Part shown: in pieces, positions 1 through 11,742 of the stretch
Position numbering within the stretch: position 1 is the first letter of the stretch
Layout of the letters: each line of letters opens with the position of its first letter
Assembly: GCA_041739675.1 (NCBI GenBank)
Contig: JBGSNL010000088.1
Coordinates: forward strand, 1-21,105
Direction of reading: 5' to 3'
From: a bacterium
GTDB taxonomy: Bacteria; UBA10199; 2-02-FULL-44-16; DYJF01
DNA length: 21,105 bases
The notes under the pieces: generated by a model
The model's database searches: none
Told to the model about the DNA's origin: nothing
The model's input: only the letters and a program-made list of their open reading frames with translations
Made by a program: the position numbers and the translations under genes

Positions 1-1
1 G

Positions 2-601
2 TGTTACATTGTCGGTGGTTCGATAATGGAAAAGCAAAAGAAGGGACTGCCGCGAAATACGACATTTTTTATCGGCCGCAAAGGCGAGATTGTCTGCAAA
101 TATTCAAAGCTCCACCTCTTCGATCTCTATATCCCCGGACAGCTCAGCTACTTCGAATCCAAAGCTATGGTTCCGGGAAAATGTCTTTGTGTTGCGAAGA
201 CGTCTTTTGGAAAAGTGGGCTTTGCGATATGCCATGACCTCCGTTACCCGGAGGTCTTTCGTAAGCAAATGCTGGGGGGCTGCATCATTATATTCAATTC
301 ATCCGCGTTCACCGAAAAGACCGGCAAAGAACATTGGCACGCGCTCAACAAGGTGCGCGCGGTCGAGAATCAGATCTATCTGGTTTCTACGAATCAGAGC
401 GGCCGAAACGCGGACGGCGTCAAATTCTACGGCCACAGTATTGTTGTCGATCCATGGGGAAAAATTATAACAGAAGGCCCGCCTGACGGAGATATCATTC
501 TATATGCGGAGATTGATTTAGGCAAAGTAGGTGAAATCAGAAAACAACTCCACACGCTGAAAAAAATCCGCAAAACGTACAATGTGTCATACTCTATTTA
601 A
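2..601 (+). CDS. Carbon-nitrogen hydrolase (nitrilase superfamily, Nit1-like amidase), 5'-truncated by the window edge
   Basis: Motifs YSKLHLFD (catalytic Lys), ICHDLRYPE (catalytic Cys), RAVENQ and GHSIVVDPWG. The frame is open upstream of the ATG at 26 (CYIVGGSI..., typical nitrilase sequence), so the gene starts before base 1. Confidence 0.9.
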   Translation, partial: CYIVGGSIMEKQKKGLPRNTTFFIGRKGEIVCKYSKLHLFDLYIPGQLSYFESKAMVPGKCLCVAKTSFGKVGFAICHDLRYPEVFRKQMLGGCIIIFNSSAFTEKTGKEHWHALNKVRAVENQIYLVSTNQSGRNADGVKFYGHSIVVDPWGKIITEGPPDGDIILYAEIDLGKVGEIRKQLHTLKKIRKTYNVSYSI

Positions 602-791
602 GGAGTTTTTGGAGGGTTTTTTCGGGCATTTCTTCGTAGCGGGTTCGGACACAATTAATGTGGCCGTTTGGGGAGGTCCTGCAGATCTCGTCTTGAGCAG
701 GCAGCTCCCCTTCGTCATAGTCGGTTCTCACGCAATAAGTCTCGCCGTCTGAAGCGTTGACGCAGATAAGGTCCCGATTGACGTCTGTCAT
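594..791 (-). CDS. Small hypothetical protein (65 aa) with two CX9C repeats
   Basis: ATG at 791 preceded by GGAG (TTGGGAGCAACTATG). Internal repeat DLICVNASDGETYCVRTDYDE / DEICRTSPNGHINCVRTRYEE. Overlaps the nitrilase stop by 8 bp. Confidence 0.6.
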   Translation of the reverse strand: MTDVNRDLICVNASDGETYCVRTDYDEGELPAQDEICRTSPNGHINCVRTRYEEMPEKTLQKLLK

Positions 792-853
792 AGTTGCTCC
801 CAATTGGCCGGTTACATCAATCTTATCGGACCACAGGCGGAAAAGTTGCTAAC

Positions 854-885
854 AAAAAGGGCATGGTCTTTTGAACCATGCCCTT
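854..885 (-). terminator. Probable intrinsic terminator downstream of hppA
   Basis: 11-bp stem AAGGGCATGGT (857-867) / ACCATGCCCTT (875-885), 7-nt loop. The A-run at 854-858 reads as a U-tract on the minus strand. Confidence 0.65.
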
Positions 886-900
886 ATCATTATATACTTG

Positions 901-944
901 GGATTCTTCGCTACGCTCAGAATGACAATAGGCTCAGAATGACA
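901..944. repeat. Half of a REP-like element (GATTCTTCGCTACGCTCAGAATGACA) with a duplicated 13-bp end
   Basis: GCTCAGAATGACA occurs at 915-927 and 932-944. It resembles one arm of a widespread extragenic palindromic repeat family (recalled, not searched); the complementary arm is absent. Confidence 0.55.
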
Positions 945-3215
945 TCATTTTGCCTTTTTGCTCGCAAGGCCGCCGCGTTTGGAGAAGGCGATTGCGATGC
1001 CTAGCGCAATCACGCAGCAAAGCGAGATGATTCCTCTCGTCTGCCAGGTGAGATCACGGATCGCAAATGGCGCAACCAGAATCGCCACAAGGTTCATGAC
1101 CTTGATGAGCGGGTTGAGCGCTGGGCCCGCAGTATCCTTGAACGGATCGCCTACCGTATCGCCGACAACTGCCGCCTTATGTTCCGGCGTTCCTTTTCCG
1201 CCTAAAAATCCGTCTTCGATCTTTTTCTTAGCGTTATCCCAGATCGCACCCGTGTTGGCCATGAAGACCGCCATCAACTGACCGGTCAAGATTGCGCCCG
1301 CAAGATATCCGCCCAGTGCCGATGCGCCAAGTGAGAATGCGACGAGGATCGGTGTTGCTATCGCCAAAATTCCCGGCCCCAGAAGTTCCTTCTGTGCGGC
1401 TTCAGTCACGATTGTGACGCAATGACCGTATTCGGGTTTTTCTTTGCCGTCCATGATGCCAGGATGTTCGCGAAACTGGCGCCTGACTTCTTCAACTACT
1501 TTGAACGCCGCGCGCCCGACCGCCTTGATTGCAAAAGATGAGAAGAGGAACGGAACCGCGCCGCCTATCAAGAGTCCCACAAAAACCATCGGCAGATTTA
1601 CCTGAATACCGATTTCACTAAGATGGGCCTCATCGATGAACGATCTGAAAAGTGAAATTGCAGCGAGAACCGCAGTGGCAATTGCCAGGCCTTTTGTCAG
1701 GGCCTTTGTCGTGTTGCCGATAGCATCGAGCCACGACAAATTCCTGCCCGCCTCGCCTGTCTTGGCTTCGGTCAAGCCGCTCATCTCAAAGATGCCGTGC
1801 GCGTTGTCCGTAATCGGGCCGTACGTGTCCATTGCCAGAATAAAGCCTGTGGTCGTTAAAAGTCCCAACCCAGCAAGTGCGATGCCGTATGCCGCAAGCG
1901 CGATCGATCCGTGGAAGATGAGGAACGATCCGACGATTGTGATTGCGATTGCAAGGACCGCCCATACTGACGACTCCAACCCTATACCCATGCCGGTGAG
2001 AAGCATTGTGGCGGGTCCGGTCTTTGTCGCAAGTGCCGTCTCCGTCGCGGACGCCTTGTCCGGATGCGTGAAATGGTTCGTGATCCAGAGGATGACGATA
2101 GCCAGAACTATTCCCATCGTCGTTGCCCAGAAGAATCTCCAGTCGGGCAGGCCTGTGTTGGGATCGCGGACATAATAGTAATTGACGATCGCAAAGCCGA
2201 CGATTGAAGCCAGCCCCGATATCCAATATCCGCGTGAGATGGGGCGCATCGGATCTTTTAAGGTTTTTTCATTTGCGCGGACGCAAAGCGTTCCGATGAT
2301 AGATGAGAAAACGCCGACCGCACGAACAAGAAGTGGATATATGATCATCTTCAATGCAAACGCTGAAGCCGCAGCGCCGTAGATGGCCTGGAAATTCGGA
2401 TCCAGAAGCGCGCCGACGGCCAAGATGATTGCAGCAACTAATGTGACTTCGTAGCTCTCGAAAACGTCCGCCGCCATACCTGCGCAGTCTCCGACGTTGT
2501 CGCCTACGTTGTCCGCAATCGTCGCCGCGTTTCGAGGATCGTCTTCGGGGATTCCAGCCTCGATTTTTCCCACGAGGTCCGCTCCGACGTCAGCAGCCTT
2601 GGTATAGATACCGCCGCCGATACGCATAAAGAGTGCCGCAAGGCATCCGCCGAATCCGAAGCCCACGAGAACCTTCATCGCCTGCTCCTGGAAGAGAAGG
2701 AAGATGATAGTTGCGCCAGTGAGACCGAATCCGATCGTGAACATTCCTGAAACCGTTCCTGCGCGGAACGCAAGTTCAAGGGCGTTTTTAAAACTCTTCA
2801 AAGCGGCGGCCGCGGTGCGCACGTTTCCTTTCACCGCAAGCCACATGCCCACATAACCCGCGCCGTATGAGGCCATCACACCCATCAAAAACGCGATGGC
2901 GATGCCGTAATCGAGCGGGATGTATTTATAAGGAATGCCGGCGTAGATCGGGCGATACATGAAAAACAGTCCGACCGCGATCGCGATGACAAACCAGATC
3001 ATCGTCTTGAATTGCTGTCCCAGATAGGACATCGCACCTTCGTCGATGGCCTTGGAGACCTCCAGCATTTTCGCCGTTCCCGTATCTTCTTTGATCACCC
3101 TGAAAACGAGAAAGACGCCGTAAAGGAGTGCGATGACCGCACATCCCAAAACCGACCACAGAAGTGTGAGTTCCAAACTGCCCAGTGCCGGTAACACAAT
3201 TTGCGCTTCGCCCAT
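945..3215 (-). CDS. hppA: Membrane-integral H+-translocating pyrophosphatase, K+-independent type
   Basis: Signature motifs GGGIYTKAADVGADLVGKIEAGIPEDDPRN, DNVGDNVGD, DTYGPITDNA and GDTVGDPFKD; many TM segments. GNTTKALTKG carries the Lys determinant of K+ independence. Start set at ATG 3215 (AAGGAG upstream). Confidence 0.95.
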   Translation of the reverse strand: MGEAQIVLPALGSLELTLLWSVLGCAVIALLYGVFLVFRVIKEDTGTAKMLEVSKAIDEGAMSYLGQQFKTMIWFVIAIAVGLFFMYRPIYAGIPYKYIPLDYGIAIAFLMGVMASYGAGYVGMWLAVKGNVRTAAAALKSFKNALELAFRAGTVSGMFTIGFGLTGATIIFLLFQEQAMKVLVGFGFGGCLAALFMRIGGGIYTKAADVGADLVGKIEAGIPEDDPRNAATIADNVGDNVGDCAGMAADVFESYEVTLVAAIILAVGALLDPNFQAIYGAAASAFALKMIIYPLLVRAVGVFSSIIGTLCVRANEKTLKDPMRPISRGYWISGLASIVGFAIVNYYYVRDPNTGLPDWRFFWATTMGIVLAIVILWITNHFTHPDKASATETALATKTGPATMLLTGMGIGLESSVWAVLAIAITIVGSFLIFHGSIALAAYGIALAGLGLLTTTGFILAMDTYGPITDNAHGIFEMSGLTEAKTGEAGRNLSWLDAIGNTTKALTKGLAIATAVLAAISLFRSFIDEAHLSEIGIQVNLPMVFVGLLIGGAVPFLFSSFAIKAVGRAAFKVVEEVRRQFREHPGIMDGKEKPEYGHCVTIVTEAAQKELLGPGILAIATPILVAFSLGASALGGYLAGAILTGQLMAVFMANTGAIWDNAKKKIEDGFLGGKGTPEHKAAVVGDTVGDPFKDTAGPALNPLIKVMNLVAILVAPFAIRDLTWQTRGIISLCCVIALGIAIAFSKRGGLASKKAK

Positions 3216-3343
3216 AGTTTTGCTCCTTTTTGAAGTTTTAGGGATCGTTTTTGTAACAGCCAATTTTCATGAATGCAAGGGATTCACAAAACAGGCAACT
3301 TTTCCGGATTTCTGCCGATAATAATAATGGAGGGAGATTCGAT

Positions 3344-3517
3344 ATGGCGAAATGGATAACGCCAGAAGTAATTGAAAAGATTAGGAAAAAAGAAGAACAG
3401 GTCCATCGGGACAACCGCATCCCCCTCTATCTGCCCGACGAAATACCTACCCAAAAGGACCAAAACCGCGAACAGGAGGAGTCGTCCTCCATCATTATTA
3501 TAGATCTTGTAGACTAG
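3344..3517 (+). CDS. Small hypothetical protein (57 aa)
   Basis: Strong SD (GGAGGGAG) before ATG 3344. Sequence MAKWITPEVIEKIRKKEEQ...RIPLYLP...SSIIIIDLVD fills the gap between hppA and atpC and overlaps the atpC 3' end by 20 bp. Confidence 0.6.
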   Translation: MAKWITPEVIEKIRKKEEQVHRDNRIPLYLPDEIPTQKDQNREQEESSSIIIIDLVD

Positions 3518-3761
3518 TCGTCAGGATCACCACGTTATCTTTTTGAACTTCCACAAAACCAGGGCCTATCGCGCGTGATGTCGTCACCACGTTACCGTCC
3601 TTGTCCGGTTTTTTGTAATACATTTTGCCGGCGACAAGTTCGGAGACGAGCATTGCGTGGCCGGGCAAGATCGTCAGCTCGCCGATTTTTCCCGGGAGGG
3701 TGACGGAGTCGACCCGTTCGTCGAACATTAACCGTTCAGGTGTTGTGATTCTTAAACGCAT
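3498..3761 (-). CDS. atpC: F1 ATP synthase epsilon subunit (87 aa, N-terminal beta-sandwich only)
   Basis: MRLRITTPER...LPGKIGELTILPGHA...GFVEV motifs. ATG at 3761 lies just after the atpD stop. Confidence 0.92.
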   Translation of the reverse strand: MRLRITTPERLMFDERVDSVTLPGKIGELTILPGHAMLVSELVAGKMYYKKPDKDGNVVTTSRAIGPGFVEVQKDNVVILTTSLQDL

Positions 3762-3762
3762 A

Positions 3763-6058
<2,296 letters not shown>

Positions 6059-6060
6059 TT

Positions 6061-7566
6061 TTAAGTAAGCTGCTTTTTCACATCTTCGATGGCTGCGTTT
6101 AATTTATTTTTAAGAGATTCGCTCAATTCGCCCTTCTCTTTGATTTCTTTCAAAATATCAGCGTGACGAAGCATCATGGCGTTGCCCAGCTCTTCTAAAA
6201 ACTTTGGCACGTTTTCGACTTCCATATCGTCCATGAAGCCGCCTACACCCGCGTAAATTTCAACAACCTGTCTTTCGACGGGCATGGGAGAGTACTGTCG
6301 CTGTTTCAAAATTTCCACGAGACGTTCGCCTCGGTGTATCTGCTTTCTCGTTGCGGCGTCCAGCTCGGCCCCAAACTGCGCAAAAGCGGCCATTTCGCGG
6401 TACTGCGCAAGATCGATGCGTAGCGTTCCGGCGACCTGCTTCATCGCCTTGATCTGCGCCGAACCCCCAACGCGTGAGACAGAAAGCCCCACGTTGATAG
6501 CGGGTCTGACACCGGCGTAAAAGAGATCGCCTTCAAGATATATCTGCCCGTCCGTAATCGAGATCACGTTTGTGGGTATATAAGATGATATGTCGCCGGC
6601 CTGAGTTTCGATTATGGGAAGGGCGGTCAGCGATCCGCCGCCGTGCTCTTCGGAGAGTTTTGCGGCGCGCTCAAGAAGGCGCGAGTGAAGATAAAAAATG
6701 TCGCCGGGATATGCCTCGCGTCCGGGAGGTCGTTTCAGGAGAAGAGAGAGCTGCCGGTACGCGACGGCGTGTTTGGACAGATCATCATAGATGACGAGGG
6801 CGTGTTTTCCGGAATCTCTGAAATATTCCCCCATCGTGACGCCGCAATAAGGCGCAAGATATTGCAGCGGCGCGGGGTCGGATGCGCACGCGGCGACGAC
6901 CGTTGTGTATTCCATCGCGCCCTGGCTCTTGAGTTTTTCGACGACGCGCGCGACGGTAGACATTTTCTGGCCGATGGCGACATAAACGCAAAATACGTCT
7001 CCGCCCTTCTGATTGATTATGGTGTCGATGGCGATTGCGGTCTTGCCCGTTTGGCGGTCTCCGATGATTAGCTCGCGCTGGCCGCGGCCGATGGGGGTCA
7101 TGGCGTCGATCGCCTTGAGGCCGGTCATGAGCGGCTGATGCACGGGCCTTCGGTAGACGATTCCCGGCGCCTTGGTCTCGACTTTTCTCGTCTGGCTTGA
7201 CTCAACGGGCCCAAGGCCGTCGATCGGAAGACCCACCGGATTGACCACGCGCCCTATGACTTTCGGCCCCACCGGGACTTCCGCGATGCGTCCCGTACGT
7301 TTGACCTCATCGCCCTCTTTTATGTCGATATCCTCGCCCATGATGGCAACACCTACCGAGTCCTCTTCAAGGTTCAAGACGATCCCTGAAATTCCGCGCG
7401 AAAAGTTGACCAACTCGCCGGCCATCACGTTCCCAAGGCCGTAGATGCGCGCGATTCCGTCGCCGACGGAAATGACCTCGCCCACCTCTTCCGCGCCGAC
7501 GGCCGTACCGTAATCTTTGATCTGCTCCTTGATTATTCTGCTGATCTCTTCCGTTCTGATTTCCAT
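6061..7566 (-). CDS. atpA: F1 ATP synthase alpha subunit
   Basis: [37 protein letters not shown]. Confidence 0.99.
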   Translation of the reverse strand: MEIRTEEISRIIKEQIKDYGTAVGAEEVGEVISVGDGIARIYGLGNVMAGELVNFSRGISGIVLNLEEDSVGVAIMGEDIDIKEGDEVKRTGRIAEVPVGPKVIGRVVNPVGLPIDGLGPVESSQTRKVETKAPGIVYRRPVHQPLMTGLKAIDAMTPIGRGQRELIIGDRQTGKTAIAIDTIINQKGGDVFCVYVAIGQKMSTVARVVEKLKSQGAMEYTTVVAACASDPAPLQYLAPYCGVTMGEYFRDSGKHALVIYDDLSKHAVAYRQLSLLLKRPPGREAYPGDIFYLHSRLLERAAKLSEEHGGGSLTALPIIETQAGDISSYIPTNVISITDGQIYLEGDLFYAGVRPAINVGLSVSRVGGSAQIKAMKQVAGTLRIDLAQYREMAAFAQFGAELDAATRKQIHRGERLVEILKQRQYSPMPVERQVVEIYAGVGGFMDDMEVENVPKFLEELGNAMMLRHADILKEIKEKGELSESLKNKLNAAIEDVKKQLT

Positions 7567-7578
7567 AATTGGGTCCCT

Positions 7579-8127
7579 TTACAAAAGTTCCTGCCTCATT
7601 TTTTCCAGACGGCCCGAAATTGACGCGTCAATTGAGATATCCCCCACCTTCACGACCGCTCCGCCGATGAGGGAGGGGTCGACGACCGTTTCGCACACCG
7701 TTTTTTTCCTCAATACATCGGAGAGGATCTTTTCTATCTTATCCTTGAAAATGGCTGCAAGGTTCTTATCCGCCACCCTTGCCTCTGCGCGCGCTATTCG
7801 CTCAAACGCATCCGCCATATCTTTATAATACGACAAAACGGCGTCGAAGATTCCGATACGCCTCTTTTCCACGAGAAGGTGTATTGAGTTGACCGAAAGT
7901 TTTGAAAGCGAAAGTGATGACGCTATTTTATCGATGAGGAGTTTTTTTGTATTGATAGCGATCTCATCATCTTCAAGGATGGAGGGTAGCATCGGAATTT
8001 TGGAGAAAGCTTCGCCGAAGAGATTCAGCTCGTCTTGCACTTTTCCCACGCTCCCCTCATCCATGGCGAGATCGAAAATTGCGGTTGCGTATCTGCGGGC
8101 AAGCGTTCTGAATTTGAAATGTTTCAC
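7579..8127 (-). CDS. atpH: F1 ATP synthase delta subunit
   Basis: ARRYATAIF N-terminus, VDPSLIGGAVVKVGD...IDAS C-terminus; position between atpF and atpA. Confidence 0.93.
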   Translation of the reverse strand: MKHFKFRTLARRYATAIFDLAMDEGSVGKVQDELNLFGEAFSKIPMLPSILEDDEIAINTKKLLIDKIASSLSLSKLSVNSIHLLVEKRRIGIFDAVLSYYKDMADAFERIARAEARVADKNLAAIFKDKIEKILSDVLRKKTVCETVVDPSLIGGAVVKVGDISIDASISGRLEKMRQELL

Positions 8128-8130
8128 GTC

Positions 8131-8613
8131 TTAAATTCTCCCGGCCAATGAGAGCGAATCGTCCAAAATGCGGATCTGATCTTCCCGCGGAATCCCATGC
8201 GACAGAGCTTCGCGGGCCTCGTCGAACGCAAGCGACAGGGCCTCTCTTGAAAGGGTGGTCCGCGCGCGCGAATTTTCCTGCACCGCCATGAGCTTTGTTT
8301 CTCTGTCGATACGCTCCGCGGTCTCCCGTGCGCGCTTTATTATCGCCTCCCGCCCGAAATTTCCCGTTTCGACGAGGGACTTCTTTAACGCCAGGGCGTC
8401 GGCGCTTGCGTGTGTAAGCCGTTCACGCGCTTCTTTATATCGCGCAAGAGCCGCTTCATGCTGATTGCGCATCTTGACTATTTGAGCCCTAAATTTTTCC
8501 CTGCGCCCGGAGAGGAATTCCTTGAGCGGGCGCCTCAAAAGATAGGCAAGGACGCCTATGAGTATGAAAAAATTGACCAATTGAAAAATGAAATGTTCAA
8601 CCATTTTTGCCAA
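8131..8613 (-). CDS. atpF: Fo ATP synthase subunit b
   Basis: N-terminal TM segment (FQLVNFFILIGVLAYLLRRPLKEFL) followed by a charged coiled coil; operon position. Confidence 0.88.
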   Translation of the reverse strand: MAKMVEHFIFQLVNFFILIGVLAYLLRRPLKEFLSGRREKFRAQIVKMRNQHEAALARYKEARERLTHASADALALKKSLVETGNFGREAIIKRARETAERIDRETKLMAVQENSRARTTLSREALSLAFDEAREALSHGIPREDQIRILDDSLSLAGRI

Positions 8614-9052
8614 GCACCTTTGACACTATCATCCGCGAAAAATCACCCACGTTTTTTGAGAGTTCTTGTTTTGACTGTGCGGTCACGGAGGTAATCTCAT
8701 CCCGGACTTTTTCTATCTCGCCCTTCTGTTTTTCTTTGGCCTCACCAACGATCTTTCTCGCCTCTTCTTCGCCTAGATTCAGAAGATTACGCTCCGCTTC
8801 ATGACCTTCGCGTCTGGCCGCGAATATTTGTTCGTTATATTCGTCCTCAAGACTATCGGCATCCGCCATGAACTTGTCGGTTTCCTGCTGTAATACGACC
8901 GTGTTTCTGCGGCGTTCGTCCAGCAATTTGAGGGTCGGCTTGAATACGAAAAATGACAGTACGGCAACGACCGCCAGAAAAATTGCAAGCTGCCAGATCA
9001 CGGTTTTGTCGGGGATAAGATTTACCGTTTGTCCCAGAAGCAGAATCATCAC
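8597..9052 (-). CDS. Fo ATP synthase subunit b' (second b-type subunit)
   Basis: PDKTVIWQLAIFL...FVFKPTLKLLDERR TM segment plus coiled coil; overlaps atpF. The start is GTG 9052 or ATG 9049, overlapping the antiporter stop. Confidence 0.87.
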   Translation of the reverse strand: MMILLLGQTVNLIPDKTVIWQLAIFLAVVAVLSFFVFKPTLKLLDERRRNTVVLQQETDKFMADADSLEDEYNEQIFAARREGHEAERNLLNLGEEEARKIVGEAKEKQKGEIEKVRDEITSVTAQSKQELSKNVGDFSRMIVSKVLGKNG

Positions 9053-10416
9053 TTATTCCCCTTTTTTAGTATTCTGTCGCTGTCATAACCAAAGTCATCC
9101 GCTCTTTTCTCCACAAGCTTCCGGATACCGTCCTGCGTCGTTTTGGGAAACTTTCGTACGCCGGGTTTGCCGTTTTTGAACGCCGGGGCAAGGCCCAGCG
9201 GCGCGAAAAGTGTCGTCACAAATGCCATGAGTATCGCGACACCGTAGATACCCTGATCGATGATTCCCTTTGCGATTCCCACCTGCGCCACGATGAGGGC
9301 CACCTCTCCGCGCGGTATCATGCCGATGCCGATCCTGTTGGCGCCGGTTTTGTTAAACCCCATCATAAGAGCTGTTGAAGAGCAGCCCAACCATTTGGAT
9401 GCAATTGCGGCAACTGTGATGACCGTTGCAAAAACGGGAAGCGCGCCTATTGCATTCAAGTTGACCATCATTCCTGTCACGACGAAAAAGACCGGCACGA
9501 GAAAGTGATAGACCGGCTCGATCGATTCGATCAACTCCTTGGCAATGGGCCTTGAAGAAAGGGAAAGCCCTATTGCGTACGCGCCGATGATCATCGCAAG
9601 CCCTGCCCACTCCGCCAAAAATGATGCGATGAAGCAAACTGCAAGTGCGATGGGAACCATCGATCCGCGCGTTTTGAACCAATGGAGCAGTTTTTCAAAG
9701 AGCGGCGCGCCCAAGATTCCAACTATCATTAAGCCCACCCAGAAGCCGATCGCTTTGATGCCCAAAAATCCTATCTCCTTGAAATTGACGGGAACCCCGC
9801 TCATCTCGGCGACGCCTATTGCGATGACGATGGACAGGATAATAATTCCAACCACGTCGTCGACAACCGCGGCTCCAAGAATTGTGACTCCTTCGGGTGT
9901 GTCGAGTTTCCCTATGTCGCCCAGGACGCGCGCTGTTATTCCAACCGATGTTGCGGTGAGTATCGAGCCGACAAAGAGAGCGTTGGGATCGTAGAAATGC
10001 TGGGCAAGTCCGAAGGCAACCGTCAGATATGCGCCGGCAAAAAACGGGACAAGCACTCCGCCAAGCGCGACGAGCGTGGCGGCCAGTGCGTATCTCAAAA
10101 ATTGTTTGAGGTCCGTCTCAAGGCCGGCAAGGAAAAGAAGGATGACGGCCGCAATTTGTGCGACCGCAAAGAGCGGTGCCTGAATGGGTATGCCCACAGC
10201 ACTTGCGGGCGCAGGAAAGAGCGGGCCGCCTTCAAAGAAAGGAATGTGGCCGCCAAATAGAAACGGGCTCAAGAAAACGCCGGCGATCAATTCACCTAAT
10301 ACTGCCGGCTGTTTGAGATAGCGCTCGCAAAGTTCCGCGCCGATCTTGGCCGCGATGAGTATCACGGCAAGCTGCGCGGTCAGGCGCACTGCCTGCTGTA
10401 TGAGATCTCCCCCCAT
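9049..10416 (-). CDS. CPA2-family cation:proton antiporter (NapA/Kef-like Na+/H+ antiporter)
   Basis: QPAVLGELIAG, LLFLAGLETD, ATSVGITARVL, AAVVDDV (DD motif), GMIPRGEVALIV; about 12-13 hydrophobic segments. Confidence 0.93.
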   Translation of the reverse strand: MGGDLIQQAVRLTAQLAVILIAAKIGAELCERYLKQPAVLGELIAGVFLSPFLFGGHIPFFEGGPLFPAPASAVGIPIQAPLFAVAQIAAVILLFLAGLETDLKQFLRYALAATLVALGGVLVPFFAGAYLTVAFGLAQHFYDPNALFVGSILTATSVGITARVLGDIGKLDTPEGVTILGAAVVDDVVGIIILSIVIAIGVAEMSGVPVNFKEIGFLGIKAIGFWVGLMIVGILGAPLFEKLLHWFKTRGSMVPIALAVCFIASFLAEWAGLAMIIGAYAIGLSLSSRPIAKELIESIEPVYHFLVPVFFVVTGMMVNLNAIGALPVFATVITVAAIASKWLGCSSTALMMGFNKTGANRIGIGMIPRGEVALIVAQVGIAKGIIDQGIYGVAILMAFVTTLFAPLGLAPAFKNGKPGVRKFPKTTQDGIRKLVEKRADDFGYDSDRILKKGNK

Positions 10417-10429
10417 ATGGTCCCCGCTT

Positions 10430-10852
10430 TTACATCACCAAGGAATCGTCGTTGCTCTGAACGAAAAATTCGTCGTCTTTTGCCGTTCTGCGCGTTGTGG
10501 CATCGCCCGTATGCTGCATCTGGCAACGTCCCTGAAGGATGCCGCCGTCCTCGATTACAAGGCCTGGCGTTAAAATATCTCCGAAGAGCTGCGCGGCCGT
10601 GCGAATTTCGATCTTGTTTTTCGCCTCTACGACCCCTTCAACCTTGCCGTTCACGATGAGCGTGTTAACCATGATCTTGGCATTCACGTGTGCGTCGGGT
10701 CCCACGACTAACGTCCCGTCGGAAAAAATATCGCCGTTGAAATTACCGTTTATCTGCACCGTGCCGTCGAAGGTGAGCTTTCCCTCGAACGTGCATCCCT
10801 TATCCAGCAAGCCGTTGATCTGATTTTCCTCTTTGAAAAATTTCTTCGACAT
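10430..10852 (-). CDS. Bactofilin (polymer-forming cytoskeletal protein)
   Basis: Beta-helix repeats GCTFEGKLTF, INGNFNGDI, LVVGPDAHVNAKI, IVNGKVEG, LVIEDGGILQGRC. Confidence 0.93.
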   Translation of the reverse strand: MSKKFFKEENQINGLLDKGCTFEGKLTFDGTVQINGNFNGDIFSDGTLVVGPDAHVNAKIMVNTLIVNGKVEGVVEAKNKIEIRTAAQLFGDILTPGLVIEDGGILQGRCQMQHTGDATTRRTAKDDEFFVQSNDDSLVM

Positions 10853-10865
10853 CGTTCCTCCTTGG

Positions 10866-11732
10866 TTAACCGTTTGTTATTTGTCTGAAGAGGCGGTCCA
10901 AATCCTGCCACGAATAATAATCGATGGAGATTTTTCCGCCGCCTTTTTTATCCTGTGTGATTGAAACCTTCGTGCCAAGCGATTCGCGCATTTTCTGCGC
11001 GATTTGTGAAGTTTGAGCTGGCAACGCCGTATCCGCAGTTTTTGTTTTTGCGGGAACATTTCTGAGGCCGCCAACTTTGCGCTCCACATGGCGGACGGTG
11101 GGAGTCGTTCTCACGATCCACTCGCGGAGCTTCAATTGTTCATGGATGCTATCGACCGCCAAGATCGCACGCGCGTGGCCTGCAGAGTATTTGCCGGAGG
11201 CCACATCGTCCTGCACGACCCGCGGCAACCTCAAAAGACGCAAGCTGTTAGCAACGGCGACGCGCGATCTTCCGACGCGTTTTGCAACACTATCTTGTGT
11301 CAAGCCAAACTGATCGATGAGCTCCTGAAATGCGCGCGATTCTTCAAGAGGATTCAAATCCTCGCGCTGAATATTTTCAATGATGGAGAGAGCCAGGACG
11401 CCGGCCTGATCGACATTTTTTATGACGACGGGAACTTCGGTAAGGCCCGCGATGCGCGACGCTCTGAGCCTTCTCTCGCCCGCGATGAGTTCATATCTTC
11501 CGTCGGGAAGAGGAGTGACTATGAGCGGCTGAATGATTCCGTCTTCCTTTATTGAATCTGCAAGCTCCCGGATTTTTTCATCGTCGAACGTTGTGCGCGG
11601 TTGCAGACGATTTGGAATAATGTTGTCCACGGGGATCGTCTGCAGACCCTTTGGTTTTGTTTCGGGGAGCGCCACGGCCGGCGGAGGGATGAGAGATTCA
11701 AGCCCCCTTCCAAGACCTCTTTTCTGTTGCAT
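10866..11732 (-). CDS. parB: Chromosome partitioning protein ParB
   Basis: GLGRGLESLI, PNRLQPR, GIIQP, LIAGERRLRA (CTP-binding), ENIQREDLNPLEE, HTH region RSRVAVANSLRLL. Confidence 0.97.
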   Translation of the reverse strand: MQQKRGLGRGLESLIPPPAVALPETKPKGLQTIPVDNIIPNRLQPRTTFDDEKIRELADSIKEDGIIQPLIVTPLPDGRYELIAGERRLRASRIAGLTEVPVVIKNVDQAGVLALSIIENIQREDLNPLEESRAFQELIDQFGLTQDSVAKRVGRSRVAVANSLRLLRLPRVVQDDVASGKYSAGHARAILAVDSIHEQLKLREWIVRTTPTVRHVERKVGGLRNVPAKTKTADTALPAQTSQIAQKMRESLGTKVSITQDKKGGGKISIDYYSWQDLDRLFRQITNG

Positions 11733-11742
11733 GTACTTCCTC

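Noticed and set aside
804..1004. 66-aa plus-strand ORF
   Set aside because: Runs through a terminator and the REP-like arm (ILRYAQND is just the repeat translated) and overlaps hppA antisense.
3216..3263. Longer hppA start given by the ORF track
   Set aside because: ATG 3215 has a well-placed AAGGAG SD; the 16-codon extension has no supporting features.
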